Shown one piece after another: positions 1 to 10,814 of a DNA stretch of 64,000 nucleotides (its first letter is position 1; the number at the start of each line of letters is the position of its first letter). The notes under the pieces are model-generated. The model had not been told where the DNA came from. It searched no databases and was given only the letters and a program-made list of their open reading frames with translations. Made by a program: the position numbers and the translations under genes. Origin of the DNA: an uncultured Granulosicoccaceae bacterium (GTDB lineage Bacteria > Pseudomonadota > Gammaproteobacteria > Granulosicoccales > Granulosicoccaceae). The stretch is taken from the NCBI GenBank assembly GCA_964649465.1, contig CAZYRP010000002.1:354-64353 (forward strand), read 5' to 3'.

Positions 1-510
1 ATTGTTTCAGCCGACAAGGACCTGTGTCAGTTTGTCGGAGACGGTGACGCTGTCTGGGACTTTGCACGCGACACCTGGATGGATGCGCGACTAATTGAAA
101 AACGCTTCGGTGTCAGACCACATCAAATTGCAGATTCCCTGGCACTGACCGGAGACAAGGTTGACAACATCCCGGGCATACCGGGTGTCGGCACCGCAAC
201 CGCGGCAAGGCTGTTGGTTAAGTGGGGTAACATTACCGCGCTACTGGACAATACTGATAAAGTCCCCGCAATGAAGTTCCGCGGTGCCAGTCGGGTAGCA
301 GATCTGTTAACCGAGCACGCAGATACCATTCTGCTGGCAAGACAACTAACCGGCCTGATACCGGCCACAAACTTAAACACGCCAATAAGCGACTATCGTA
401 TCCGGCCAGATGTGGCCAGCATGGAAACCGTATTCGATCAGTTGGGGTTCACTGATAAGCGCCGACAGCGATGGCACAGCCTCCTGGAAAAAAACACACC
501 CGACGGTTAG
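1..510 (+). CDS. 5'-3' exonuclease / flap endonuclease family protein, C-terminal part (5' end lies outside the window)
   Basis: Frame 1 is open from base 1 (IVSADKDLCQFV...) to TAG at 508-510. It carries the H3TH motif LTGDKVDNIPGIPGVGTATAARLL, typical of PolI-N-terminal-like/Xni-type 5' nucleases. Confidence 0.8.
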   Translation: MVSADKDLCQFVGDGDAVWDFARDTWMDARLIEKRFGVRPHQIADSLALTGDKVDNIPGIPGVGTATAARLLVKWGNITALLDNTDKVPAMKFRGASRVADLLTEHADTILLARQLTGLIPATNLNTPISDYRIRPDVASMETVFDQLGFTDKRRQRWHSLLEKNTPDG

Positions 511-1145
511 CCAGAACCGGCCGCCGACAATCGGGCAAGCACAGATCTGACGCTTCATCACACAGCCGGGTTGCCGCTTCCAGCGCAACAGTTATTCTAC
601 TAAACAAGCCCTTTGGTTATATCAGCCAGTTCAGCGGCGATAACAACACCCTTGCAGACCTGGTGAAGGTAAACGATGTTTACCCGGCAGGTCGTCTCGA
701 CAAAGACAGTGAAGGCTTACTAATACTCACCAACAATGGTCCACTGCAGCACCGCATTAGCCATCCGAAAAGGAAATGGCAAAAGCGTTACTGGGTGCAG
801 GTCGAGGGGGAAATCACAGATGCAGCACTGCAGTTACTGCAGAGCGGGGTAACCCTTAAAGATGGTCCGGCAAGGGCAATTACCGCTAATCGCATTGAGC
901 CACCACAGGTCTGGCACCGAGATCCTCCGGTGCGCTACCGTGCGAGCGTGCCGGACTGCTGGATCGATCTCAGTCTGAATGAAGGCCGCAACAGACAGGT
1001 AAGGCGCATGACTGCATCAGCTGGATTTCCTACCCTGCGACTGATCAGACACCAGATCGGTCCATGGAATATCGCCAATATCGAAAGTGGTAAATATCAG
1101 ACATTACAGCTCTCCGCAGCAGAACTAAACGATTTATCCACCTGA
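471..1145 (+). CDS. rluE: 23S rRNA pseudouridine synthase E (RluE-like)
   Basis: ILLNKPFGYISQF...AGRLDKDSEGLLILTNNG...GRNRQVRRM with the catalytic Asp motif. The basic N-terminal tail and overall length match E. coli RluE. The start overlaps the upstream gene by 40 nt. Confidence 0.85.
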   Translation: MAQPPGKKHTRRLARTGRRQSGKHRSDASSHSRVAASSATVILLNKPFGYISQFSGDNNTLADLVKVNDVYPAGRLDKDSEGLLILTNNGPLQHRISHPKRKWQKRYWVQVEGEITDAALQLLQSGVTLKDGPARAITANRIEPPQVWHRDPPVRYRASVPDCWIDLSLNEGRNRQVRRMTASAGFPTLRLIRHQIGPWNIANIESGKYQTLQLSAAELNDLST

Positions 1146-1505
1146 TCCCGACCCAATGCTGCCTCGAAAGTATTGGCACATTTTAATGTAAAACATCCTC
1201 ATTCAGCCCCTGCAATCCTTGCTTTGATAGCTTAAACAATTCACGATACGGTCTGAATTTGCTTGTATTGCATTGACTTAGGTTAATAATCTGTCAAGTC
1301 ACCTAAATTTGTTGTTGTAAGTAACAGCAGCTGGGTAATTTGAACGAACAACCACGGGTCGATTTTGTTGTTTTTATGCAACAAAAAGCAAAATTGCAGT
1401 TCTATACTACAAATGCAAGATCCTGACGCCGAATTGCCTCGCCAGAAAGGCACCGGCTCTCGAATAACTTAACTGGCGAATTGTCCTTCGGAGGGACGTA
1501 CCCTG

Positions 1506-2678
1506 ATGAAACTATCTAAAAATATCGGAGCACTCGCATCGGCGGCCGTGATCGTCGCTTCATTATCTGCCTGCTCAACCGCTGGCAAACTGAAGGACGG
1601 TGTCGCAGACACTGCCGGTGCAGCACTGGGCGGCGATGATGCGGCAACCTTAGCGGCGGAAAAGCAAGCTGAGCTAGACTCACAAGCGGCTGCATTGAAC
1701 GCTCGTTCGGCAGACCTGGACAAGCGCGAATCGCTACTGGCTCAACAAGCTTCTGCCTCTGCAGCAGTGGCTGCGAGCCCTGCCGGGACTAACTACGGTG
1801 CAGGTGATCTCTTGCCACCAGGCGCCAAACCCGGTCAATGCTTCACTCGCCTTTGGGTACCACCCAAATACGAAACTTTGTCAGAGCGCATTCTCGTAGA
1901 GGAAGAAGCTGAGCGCATCGAGATCATTCCAGCGAAATTCTCAACTACCAAGAAACGCGTACTGGTCAAAGAAGCAACTGAAAAACTAGTCACCGTGCCT
2001 GCGACTTTCAAGACGGTTAAAGAGCGCGTGCTGGTGAAAGCAGCCACTAAAAAACTCGTACAGGTACAACCTGTTTATGAAACTGTCACCCAGCGTGTAC
2101 AGGACAAGCCAGCCCACACCACCTGGAAAAAAGGTACAGGACCGATCCAGAAGATCGATGAAACAACCGGTGAGATCATGTGTCTGGTTGAAGTTCCGGC
2201 AACGTTCAAGACCGTTAAAAAGCGCGTCCTGAAGAAGAAGGCAGCAACTACAGTTCAGGAAATTCCAGCAGTCTATGACACAGTTGAGAAGCGTGTCATT
2301 GCCACTCAGCCTACAACTCGCAAGGTAGCGGTACCAGCGGTCTATAAGACAATCACTGTGACTGAAGAAGCGACACCTGCAAAAGAGCGCCGCATCAAAG
2401 TTCCAGCGAAATACGCTACTGTCACGAAGCGCAAGCTGACAAAAGAAGGCATGCTGGACTGGCGTGAAATCCTGTGTGACACCAACATGACTCGTGATCG
2501 CATTACTGCAATCCAAAGCGCACTCCAGAAAGCCGGCCACAACCCGGGCCCTATCGACGGAGTGATTGGTGCTGACACTATGCGGGCAGTCAACGCATAC
2601 CAGCGCAAAAAAGGTCTGCCGGTTGATGAGTACCTGAATATCGCGACAGTACGTTCGTTAGGTGTATCACCGAAGTAA
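1506..2678 (+). CDS. Lipoprotein with eight tandem ~23-aa repeats and a C-terminal peptidoglycan-binding (PG_binding_1-like) domain
   Basis: Signal peptide with lipobox LSAC, and GGAGGG Shine-Dalgarno upstream. Repeated VPATFKTVKxRVLVK units. C-terminal ITAIQSALQKAGHNPGPIDGVIGADTMRAVNAYQRKKGL. Confidence 0.7.
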   Translation: MKLSKNIGALASAAVIVASLSACSTAGKLKDGVADTAGAALGGDDAATLAAEKQAELDSQAAALNARSADLDKRESLLAQQASASAAVAASPAGTNYGAGDLLPPGAKPGQCFTRLWVPPKYETLSERILVEEEAERIEIIPAKFSTTKKRVLVKEATEKLVTVPATFKTVKERVLVKAATKKLVQVQPVYETVTQRVQDKPAHTTWKKGTGPIQKIDETTGEIMCLVEVPATFKTVKKRVLKKKAATTVQEIPAVYDTVEKRVIATQPTTRKVAVPAVYKTITVTEEATPAKERRIKVPAKYATVTKRKLTKEGMLDWREILCDTNMTRDRITAIQSALQKAGHNPGPIDGVIGADTMRAVNAYQRKKGLPVDEYLNIATVRSLGVSPK

Positions 2679-2741
2679 GAAGACTGCATCGGGGAGTTTG
2701 TTCGCCGGACACTTCCCAACTTAAGTAAGTATGTGCATTGA

Positions 2742-2780
2742 CCCGCGCCAGAATACTGGCGCGGGGTTTTTCATTTTTTT
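2742..2780 (+). terminator. Rho-independent terminator after the repeat lipoprotein gene
   Basis: Perfect 10-bp stem cccgcgccag/ctggcgcggg with loop aata, followed by gtttttcattttttt. Confidence 0.7.
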
Positions 2781-2882
2781 GCCTTCCAAACTGTCATAAC
2801 ATTGATACAATGCTCGCCGGTGCAACAGATTCTGTCAGTACAGGTCTTACCACCCAACCCTCTGACGCAGATTGGATGTTCC

Positions 2883-4592
2883 ATGAAAACAGAGCGTATC
2901 GCAGCCTATGGATGGGTGGCGTTTATCTCTTTTCTACTGCTGACATTGCCGCCGGTGATCTACGCGGAAGAAACCTATAACGCCCGCCTGGAAAGTGTTG
3001 AGACTCTCGATGTCGGTCCGTGGTCGACGCGGGTTTCGGTTCGCATCGGCAACCGTGTCGAACATCTTCTGCTGTTGCCAAACTCTAATTTAAACAATCT
3101 GCGCATCGTAACCACTGATGGCGTACCGGTGGAGCAGAACGGCATAGCCTATGTCGGTATTATCGAATCACTACCCGAATCCTGGGCCAGAATCGTTATT
3201 GACGGTGAGTTTGTCTCCGGCACAATCAACGGCGGTAACTTCAGCACTCACTTCAGTTCGGAACAAACTAAATTTGCTGCCAATTCGTTTGGCATCAGCA
3301 AGCTGCTTTTACCACCGCTCTCTCCGCCTCCGGCAGCAATTAAAGAATCACCGGGAAAGACAGCTTTAGGTACTGTCCGAAATACGTTCACTGCCGAAAC
3401 GCCGTTCAGTGACAGGTTGCCCGACACAGTGCCAAACTCACTAACGGCAGAAGTCGTGGTACCAATCAACAACCAGCTAAGCCAGACTATCGGCGAAGTA
3501 ACGCGAGTCGCGCGCATCGGAATAGTTGTCGACTCGCTTTACCAGGAGGCCATTGGCGGTCGCGGACTAAACAATGCCATATCGACACTCAATTCGGTTG
3601 ACGGTTTGTATCGCGAAAAATTCGGACTGGCTTTGTTGGTTGATGTGGTTGTGCTACTGACAGACGAAACAGCCCTGTCGCTCGGAGGCACAAGCCTTGA
3701 AGAAAATCTTAACCTGTTCCGCGAATATAGAATCAACACCGATCTTCTAGCTGAAGATCTAAGCCTGGTACATCTATTCAGCGGCACAGATTCAGGGGAC
3801 AACGCTGTTGGTCTCGCCTTCAGTGGTGCTGCCTGTCGCACCGATGGTTATGACGTGAGCATGTCCAGACCCTTTCAATTCCCGGTAGAATTGGCCGCAC
3901 ACGAAATAGGTCACAACCTCGGTGCCGACCATGATGATGCCACTGTTGAGTGTGCGGATATTTCTGATCACTTGATGTTCTCGGCGATCAACTCTAATAC
4001 AACCCGTCAGTTCTCAAGCTGCAGTAGTGACGCTATCAACACCCGTCTGGTGCAAAGTACTTGCTATACAGAAGCAATAAACATTGGCGTTAACCTCACC
4101 CAGCTTGAATCTAACCAGATTCTCGCGACCGTCAGTAACCTCGATACTACACGTGCCTTCCCTTCGGCTACGCTGCATGTAGATTTAACGAACGCCACTG
4201 TTGCGGAGGCACCAGCGCTCTGCGAACTGGAAGATCCGTCAAAGCTTATCTGCGGCATACCGGCAACTTTTGCCGGAGACCAGCATGATATTGCGGTGAA
4301 GTTACGCCTGGCACCAGAGGACGAGAACACCATAAATCTGCGTTTAGAAGCCAACGGTTTTTTTGATTTAAGCCAGCAAAACAATTTCGCCGAGCTTGTG
4401 TTGCCTGCTGATCCGCCATCAAACACTGTTGAGTTAACGACCCAGGGTGCTACCAGCACAAACACAGTTGCCGCAGCAACAGGCGGTGGATTATTCAGTC
4501 TGCCATGCATGTGGCTGCTGTTGCTGCTAAAGGTTATTAGCCCGTGGTGTTACCGGCACTCAGGCAGAGTTACGAGTGAGAGTAACTACTAG
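2883..4592 (+). CDS. Secreted zinc metalloprotease, reprolysin-like (M12B metzincin), with a GlyGly-CTERM-like tail
   Basis: The ATG at 2883 gives the signal peptide MKTERIAAYGWVAFISFLLLTLPPVIYAEE. Zinc motif HEIGHNLGADHDD at 3900-3938. C-terminus TGGGLFSLPCMWLLLLLK...R. Confidence 0.75.
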   Translation: MKTERIAAYGWVAFISFLLLTLPPVIYAEETYNARLESVETLDVGPWSTRVSVRIGNRVEHLLLLPNSNLNNLRIVTTDGVPVEQNGIAYVGIIESLPESWARIVIDGEFVSGTINGGNFSTHFSSEQTKFAANSFGISKLLLPPLSPPPAAIKESPGKTALGTVRNTFTAETPFSDRLPDTVPNSLTAEVVVPINNQLSQTIGEVTRVARIGIVVDSLYQEAIGGRGLNNAISTLNSVDGLYREKFGLALLVDVVVLLTDETALSLGGTSLEENLNLFREYRINTDLLAEDLSLVHLFSGTDSGDNAVGLAFSGAACRTDGYDVSMSRPFQFPVELAAHEIGHNLGADHDDATVECADISDHLMFSAINSNTTRQFSSCSSDAINTRLVQSTCYTEAINIGVNLTQLESNQILATVSNLDTTRAFPSATLHVDLTNATVAEAPALCELEDPSKLICGIPATFAGDQHDIAVKLRLAPEDENTINLRLEANGFFDLSQQNNFAELVLPADPPSNTVELTTQGATSTNTVAAATGGGLFSLPCMWLLLLLKVISPWCYRHSGRVTSESNY

Positions 4593-4595
4593 CCT

Positions 4596-5645
4596 TTAGA
4601 ATCGTCTCTTAACAGAGGTTTCTGCAATTACCACCAGCGCGTCTTTAAAATGACTTTCAGGCAGGCACGCTAACTCCTCAATAGCCAGATCTACCTGTTG
4701 CTGTGCCTGTTCAATAGTGCGTTCTGTCGCGCCTGATTGGCAGATCAGCTCAACCACAGGATGCACAACTTCATCCGGCAGCTGACCGATTTCCTGCGCC
4801 GATATCAATGCACTGCGAATTTTGCCCGCGATATCCGCAGGTGACGTCTGCAATGCATAGATCAGCGGCAACGTCGGCTTACCTTCTGCCAGATCGTCAC
4901 CGACATTCTTGCCTAACTCATCGCTCCGCGCACTGTAATCAAGTGCATCGTCCACCAACTGAAACGCAAGCCCCAGCCGCGAACCATAGCGCGCCATTGC
5001 CTGCTCAACTTCGTGATCAGCAGATGCGAGAACAGAACCCAGCTGAGTTGCCGCTTCGAACAGCTTGCCGGTTTTTGCCGCAATAACGTCCATATAATGC
5101 TGCACACTAACGTCGGTCTCGCCGATATTCATCAGCTGCATGACCTCGCCTGCGGCTATTGTATTGGTGGCCGCCGACAGAATTTCCATTACTCTCATCT
5201 GGCCCACTTCAACCATCATCTCAAAGGCGCGCGAATACAGAAAATCTCCCACCAGCACAGCGGCCTCGTTGCCCCATACTGTATTAGCTGTATCGCGCCC
5301 CCGGCGCAGGCTTGAAGAATCAACTACATCATCGTGCAGCAATGTAGCAGTGTGGATAAATTCAATGACAGCAGCAATGTTGGTGTGGTGATTGCCCTGA
5401 TAGCCCTGCGCCAGAGCGGATAAAAGAGTCAGCTTCGGTCGCAGCCTTTTACCTCCCGCACCTATAATGTACTGGCCCATCTGGCTGATCAGCACAACGT
5501 CTGACTGCAGCGACGCGTGGATCTTTTGATTGACCTCGGTCATCGCTTCTGAGATCAACTCATCAATGTAGTCATCCTGCCGGATATCCGGAGGGGATTT
5601 TTCCGGCAGATTCGCCGGGCTGACAGGTGCTTCTAATTGACTCAT
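4596..5645 (-). CDS. ispB: Octaprenyl-diphosphate synthase
   Basis: Polyprenyl synthase motifs [16 protein letters not shown] and [10 protein letters not shown]. Sits divergent from rpmA, as in other gammaproteobacteria. Confidence 0.9.
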   Translation of the reverse strand: MSQLEAPVSPANLPEKSPPDIRQDDYIDELISEAMTEVNQKIHASLQSDVVLISQMGQYIIGAGGKRLRPKLTLLSALAQGYQGNHHTNIAAVIEFIHTATLLHDDVVDSSSLRRGRDTANTVWGNEAAVLVGDFLYSRAFEMMVEVGQMRVMEILSAATNTIAAGEVMQLMNIGETDVSVQHYMDVIAAKTGKLFEAATQLGSVLASADHEVEQAMARYGSRLGLAFQLVDDALDYSARSDELGKNVGDDLAEGKPTLPLIYALQTSPADIAGKIRSALISAQEIGQLPDEVVHPVVELICQSGATERTIEQAQQQVDLAIEELACLPESHFKDALVVIAETSVKRRF

Positions 5646-5880
5646 TGTGTGGGGCGGACTATTATTAAAGGCTTTTCTGCGGTTTGAAGAAATAAATCCT
5701 GCTTCAGCGGGACCATCTTTAGCTGTTGAAGCAACTGTCTCAGCACTAACAGGCGCTTCGGAGCTTGAAATAAGCTCTGAAAGCCAAAAATACTGGCGAC
5801 GGTCAAATTATCGTTCTATCGTCTTCGAGACGCTAGCAAAAGTTTTCATGCAGGCGATATTTCGCCCCGGACTAATACAC

Positions 5881-6141
5881 ATGGCACATAAAAAAGCAGG
5901 CGGTAGTACTCGCAACGGTCGCGATTCCGAGTCCAAACGACTAGGCGTCAAGAAATATGGCGGCGAGGCGGTACTTGCCGGCAATATCTTGATCCGTCAA
6001 CGCGGCACCAAGGTACATGCAGGTTCAAACGTCGGCGTCGGTAAAGACCATACGCTTTTCGCAAAATCAGACGGCGTGGTTAAGTTTCATACCGGTGGCC
6101 CGAAAAACCGCAAATTTGTCAGCGTGGTAGCCGGCGCTTAA
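5881..6141 (+). CDS. rpmA: 50S ribosomal protein L27
   Basis: [29 protein letters not shown]... is a canonical L27 N-terminus. The longer ORF from 5647 adds an unrelated N-terminal extension. Confidence 0.95.
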   Translation: MAHKKAGGSTRNGRDSESKRLGVKKYGGEAVLAGNILIRQRGTKVHAGSNVGVGKDHTLFAKSDGVVKFHTGGPKNRKFVSVVAGA

Positions 6142-6168
6142 ATCGCCGCAAAAACTGCACTGACCAAA

Positions 6169-6190
6169 CCCCGCACTGCGGGGTTTTTTA
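6169..6190 (+). terminator. Rho-independent terminator/attenuator between rpmA and obg
   Basis: Stem ccccgc/gcgggg with loop act, followed by ttttttatt. Confidence 0.65.
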
Positions 6191-6212
6191 TTGGACCCAC
6201 GCTTTCGGGTAG

Positions 6213-7397
<1,185 letters not shown>

Positions 7398-7409
7398 ATA
7401 CTCATTTCC

Positions 7410-8543
7410 ATGCAAACCAGACAAGTACAAAAAAAACGTTGGGTAATAAAAGTTGGCAGTGCGCTAATCACTGCTGATAGTACCGGTTTGCATCTGGATA
7501 ATATCCATCAATGGTCGCGCCAAATCGCTGCCCTGATGGATGACAATGTCGAGCTGGTATTGGTGTCATCCGGCTCTATTGCTGAAGGTATCCACAGACT
7601 GCAATGGAAAACACGACCTACCGCGCTGCCAGAACTGCAGGCAGCCGCAGCAGTCGGACAAATGGGCCTCGTCAAAGCCTATGAATCTGAATTGAGTGCG
7701 TGCGGCAAACACACAGCGCAGATTCTTTTAACGCATGAAGATCTCAGTAACCGCAAGAGATACCTGAACGCTAAAAGCACACTTGGCACCTTATTAAGCC
7801 TGGGCGTGCTGCCAGTGATTAACGAAAATGACACTGTCACCACTGATGAAATCCGCGTTGGAGATAACGACAATCTGGCAGCTCTGGTCGCCAATCTGAT
7901 TTCAGCTGATCAATTAATAATACTGACCGACCAACAAGGATTGTTTGATAAAGACCCGGGCAAAAATCGCGATGCCAAACTCATAGCCACGGCTACCGCT
8001 GGTGATCCCACACTGTTGAAAGTCGCGGGGCCGAGCACCAACAAGCTTGCCATTGGCGGCATGCAGACAAAAGTACTTGCAGCAGAACGGGCAGCCAGAT
8101 CAGGCACGCACACTGTCATTGCATCCGGCCGCGAACCCGATGTGCTGCTGCGATTGCATCGTGGTGAGTCCATTGGCACACGCTTGCAGGCTACCCATAA
8201 AAAACTGGTGGCACACAAGATGTGGCTTGCCAACCAGCTTAAGGCACGCGGCACTGTGCGTGTCGACAGTGGAGCATTCGAGAAGCTGACAGCAGGTGAC
8301 TGTAGTTTGCTGCCAATCGGTGTGACAGCCATTGAAGGTGAGTTTCGGCGCGGCGAGCTGGTATCTATCTGCTCTGCGGATGGCGAGGAAGTCGCCCGCG
8401 GGCTGGTCAACTATAACGCCTCAGAGGCTGCCCTGCTGGCAGGTTGTCGCAGCGATAAAATCAAAGAGCGACTCGGCTATGCCAATGAACCGGAGCTGGT
8501 TAACCGGGATAATATGGTGACGATAAATGCCGGTCACCATTAA
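7410..8543 (+). CDS. proB: Glutamate 5-kinase
   Basis: KRWVIKVGSALIT...VLVSSGSIAEG...INENDTV motifs plus a C-terminal PUA domain. Conserved obg-proB order. Confidence 0.95.
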   Translation: MQTRQVQKKRWVIKVGSALITADSTGLHLDNIHQWSRQIAALMDDNVELVLVSSGSIAEGIHRLQWKTRPTALPELQAAAAVGQMGLVKAYESELSACGKHTAQILLTHEDLSNRKRYLNAKSTLGTLLSLGVLPVINENDTVTTDEIRVGDNDNLAALVANLISADQLIILTDQQGLFDKDPGKNRDAKLIATATAGDPTLLKVAGPSTNKLAIGGMQTKVLAAERAARSGTHTVIASGREPDVLLRLHRGESIGTRLQATHKKLVAHKMWLANQLKARGTVRVDSGAFEKLTAGDCSLLPIGVTAIEGEFRRGELVSICSADGEEVARGLVNYNASEAALLAGCRSDKIKERLGYANEPELVNRDNMVTINAGHH

Positions 8544-8670
8544 TGCTTGTAACAGCAATGTATTTTACAGGCTCTCGAAGCCTTCTTTGCCTTGCCTGCC
8601 TTTTTCGCCTTGTCCGTCAGAGGAAGGTCTGCCCAACGGAGACCTTTCGGATAAGCTGGCAGAGAGTCTG

Positions 8671-8931
8671 CTAAAGCGCTCGAATTTGAGCGTTCAAACG
8701 ACTCTTGTAGCGCGCCGCTTTGTTCTTATGCACCAGGCCTTTTCTGGCCATCGCATCAAGTACCGGGATAGCAGCCGTGTAGGCGTCAGAGGCGGCAGTT
8801 TTATCACCAGAATCTATCGCCGCGACAACACGCTTCACGTGAGTACGCATCATCGAACGCATGCCAGCGTTGCGGGTACGTCTTGTTTCCGCCTGACGAG
8901 CACGTTTTTTTGCTTGGGGGGAGTTCGCCAA
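8671..8931 (-). CDS. rpsT: 30S ribosomal protein S20
   Basis: [30 protein letters not shown], a typical S20 of 86 aa. Confidence 0.95.
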   Translation of the reverse strand: MANSPQAKKRARQAETRRTRNAGMRSMMRTHVKRVVAAIDSGDKTAASDAYTAAIPVLDAMARKGLVHKNKAARYKSRLNAQIRAL

Positions 8932-8979
8932 GGCAGTCTCCTAGAAAAATTGATAGAGAAATTGAAAATCCAGCCGAAC

Positions 8980-9008
8980 AGTATCGTCCGTGGTTTATCT
9001 GTTGTCAA
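8980..9008 (-). promoter_or_regulatory. Candidate sigma70 promoter for rpsT
   Basis: On the minus strand: TTGACA, 17 nt spacer (acagataaaccacggac), then GATACT. It lies about 50 nt upstream of the rpsT ATG, which is preceded by AGGAG. Confidence 0.45.
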
Positions 9009-9137
9009 CCAATCCGGCAGCGGTCGGAGCGGGAAAGCGATGGTTTTGCCCGCTTTAGTGAATACTATAATGCAACTTGCGCAGTTTAATCCCCGGATGG
9101 TCGCTTATTCTGTCGGCGGCGGCTCGAGTAGGCCGCA

Positions 9138-10700
9138 TTGAAAAAGCCAAAGTTCGGTCTGCTTCGCGCAGGCAGTGTTGTCAGCTCCATGACCTTGCTG
9201 TCGCGAATTCTCGGCTTTGTGCGCGACCAGGTATTCGCTATTACCTTTGGTGCCGGATCAATGACCGATGCCTTCCTGGTGGCGTTCAAGATTCCAAATT
9301 TCCTGCGCCGATTGTTTGCAGAGGGAGCGTTTGCGCAATCGTTTGTTCCTGTGTTCTCGGAGTATAAAGAAACACGATCTCCCGAAGCTTTAAAAGCACT
9401 GGCAGCCGAAGTCAGTGGCACCCTCGGCTGGATTGTTTTACTGCTCAGCATTGTCGGCAGTGTTGCTGCACCTGCACTAATTGCCCTGTTTGCACCCGGT
9501 TTTGAAAGTGGCGGTGAACGTGCTGCAACTGCAACTGCATTGCTGCGCATAACTTTTCCGTATCTGTTCTTTATCTCAATGGTTGCGTATTGCGGTAGCG
9601 TGCTGAACACCTTCCAGCAATTTGCAGTCCCCGCATTTACACCGGTGTTGCTGAATATTTGCCTCATTACCGCGGCTCTGTGGGGTGCTCAATTTTTTGC
9701 AGTACCAGTGACAGCACTGGCCTGGGGAGTTTTCGCCGCAGGGCTTTCGCAACTGCTTTTTCAATTGCCTTCGATGATCCGCTTAGGTCTGCTCACAGTG
9801 CCGCGCTGGGGATGGTCGGACTCAGGCGTACAGAAAATTCTTAAACTGATGTTGCCCGCGATACTGGGCTCGTCGGTCAGTCAAATTAACCTGCTGCTGG
9901 ACACTATAATTGCCTCCTTCTTAATTGCAGGTAGTCTCAGCTGGCTGTACTTTGCAGACCGACTGGTCGAATTTCCGCTCGGGGTTTTCGGCATCGCTAT
10001 CGCGACGGTTATTTTGCCGCGCTTGTCATCCGCACACGCAAATAAAAAGCAAACCGACTTCGACAACACGATGAGCTGGGGCTTTCGTGTAGCGGTGCTA
10101 TTGGCACTACCTGCTTCTGTCGGACTCCTGTTACTGGCCGCACCATTGATCTCAACACTATTCGGCTACGGCGAGTTCGACTCGCAGGACACCCGCATGT
10201 CTGCCTGGGCACTACGCGCCTATGCACTGGCGCTACCAGGAATGGTGTTGGTGAAGATTTTTGCACCCGGCTTTTTTGCCCGCCAGAATACCCGCACTCC
10301 GGTAAGGATCGGAATCATCGCTATGATCAGCAACATGATCTACAACATCATTTTTGTAGGCTCGATGATGCTTGCATCAATACCTGCCGCGCACACCGGA
10401 CTGGCGCTGGCCACTGCAGTTTCTGCCAACCAGAATGCAGTTATGTTGTACCGTCATTTGAAAAAGGACACTATTTTCAAGCTGCACGCAGCAGACATTT
10501 CGACAATCAAACGAGCACTGTTGGCAACATCGACCATGGCGCTGGTTATCTGGCTGATAACACCTTCCACGCACAGCTGGCTGACGATGCAGGCAATTGA
10601 ACGCGGAACACACTTAGCCGTTATAATCGCTGCTGCAGTAGTGACCTACAGCGTCACCCTGCTCGCCGCAGGCTTCAGGCCGGGTAACTACCGTGTTTGA
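9138..10700 (+). CDS. murJ: Lipid II flippase MurJ (MviN)
   Basis: SSMTLLSRILGFVRDQVFAITFGAGSMTDAFLVAFKIPNFLRRLFAEGAFAQSFVP aligns to the E. coli MurJ N-terminus. Multi-pass membrane protein with a TTG start. Confidence 0.9.
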   Translation: MKKPKFGLLRAGSVVSSMTLLSRILGFVRDQVFAITFGAGSMTDAFLVAFKIPNFLRRLFAEGAFAQSFVPVFSEYKETRSPEALKALAAEVSGTLGWIVLLLSIVGSVAAPALIALFAPGFESGGERAATATALLRITFPYLFFISMVAYCGSVLNTFQQFAVPAFTPVLLNICLITAALWGAQFFAVPVTALAWGVFAAGLSQLLFQLPSMIRLGLLTVPRWGWSDSGVQKILKLMLPAILGSSVSQINLLLDTIIASFLIAGSLSWLYFADRLVEFPLGVFGIAIATVILPRLSSAHANKKQTDFDNTMSWGFRVAVLLALPASVGLLLLAAPLISTLFGYGEFDSQDTRMSAWALRAYALALPGMVLVKIFAPGFFARQNTRTPVRIGIIAMISNMIYNIIFVGSMMLASIPAAHTGLALATAVSANQNAVMLYRHLKKDTIFKLHAADISTIKRALLATSTMALVIWLITPSTHSWLTMQAIERGTHLAVIIAAAVVTYSVTLLAAGFRPGNYRV

Positions 10701-10765
10701 ACACTTTGTTTTTGACACTGCAAAATCAGATTTTACAGTCTCAGCAAGCGTTCAGACGACGCCGG

Positions 10766-10810
10766 GCCAGATGAAATTAAGCCGAATGAATTTAAGCCAG
10801 ATGAAGCTAA
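10766..10810. repeat. 3 x 15-nt imperfect tandem repeat immediately upstream of ribF
   Basis: The three units are gccagatgaaattaa, gccgaatgaatttaa and gccagatgaagctaa. Confidence 0.85.
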
Positions 10811-10814
10811 ATTA

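Noticed and set aside
1986-2540. 184-aa minus-strand ORF, Cys-rich.
   Set aside because: It is antisense to the repeat lipoprotein gene, which has a signal peptide, repeats and a PG-binding domain. Its composition is an artefact of the complementary frame.
5647-5880. The ORF track joins a 78-codon N-terminal extension to L27 (ORF 5647-6141). An in-frame ATG at 5848 would also give an 11-residue extension reminiscent of the Prp-cleaved L27 leader of Firmicutes.
   Set aside because: The extension has no ribosomal-protein character and starts 2 nt from the divergent ispB start. No Prp-type protease gene is present. The canonical [10 protein letters not shown]-terminus begins at 5881.
8527-9141. 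204-aa plus-strand ORF spanning the proB-murJ spacer.
   Set aside because: It runs antisense through the unmistakable rpsT gene and its promoter, and it has no recognisable motifs.
9086-9667. 193-aa minus-strand ORF.
   Set aside because: It is antisense to murJ, whose N-terminus aligns residue by residue with E. coli MurJ.
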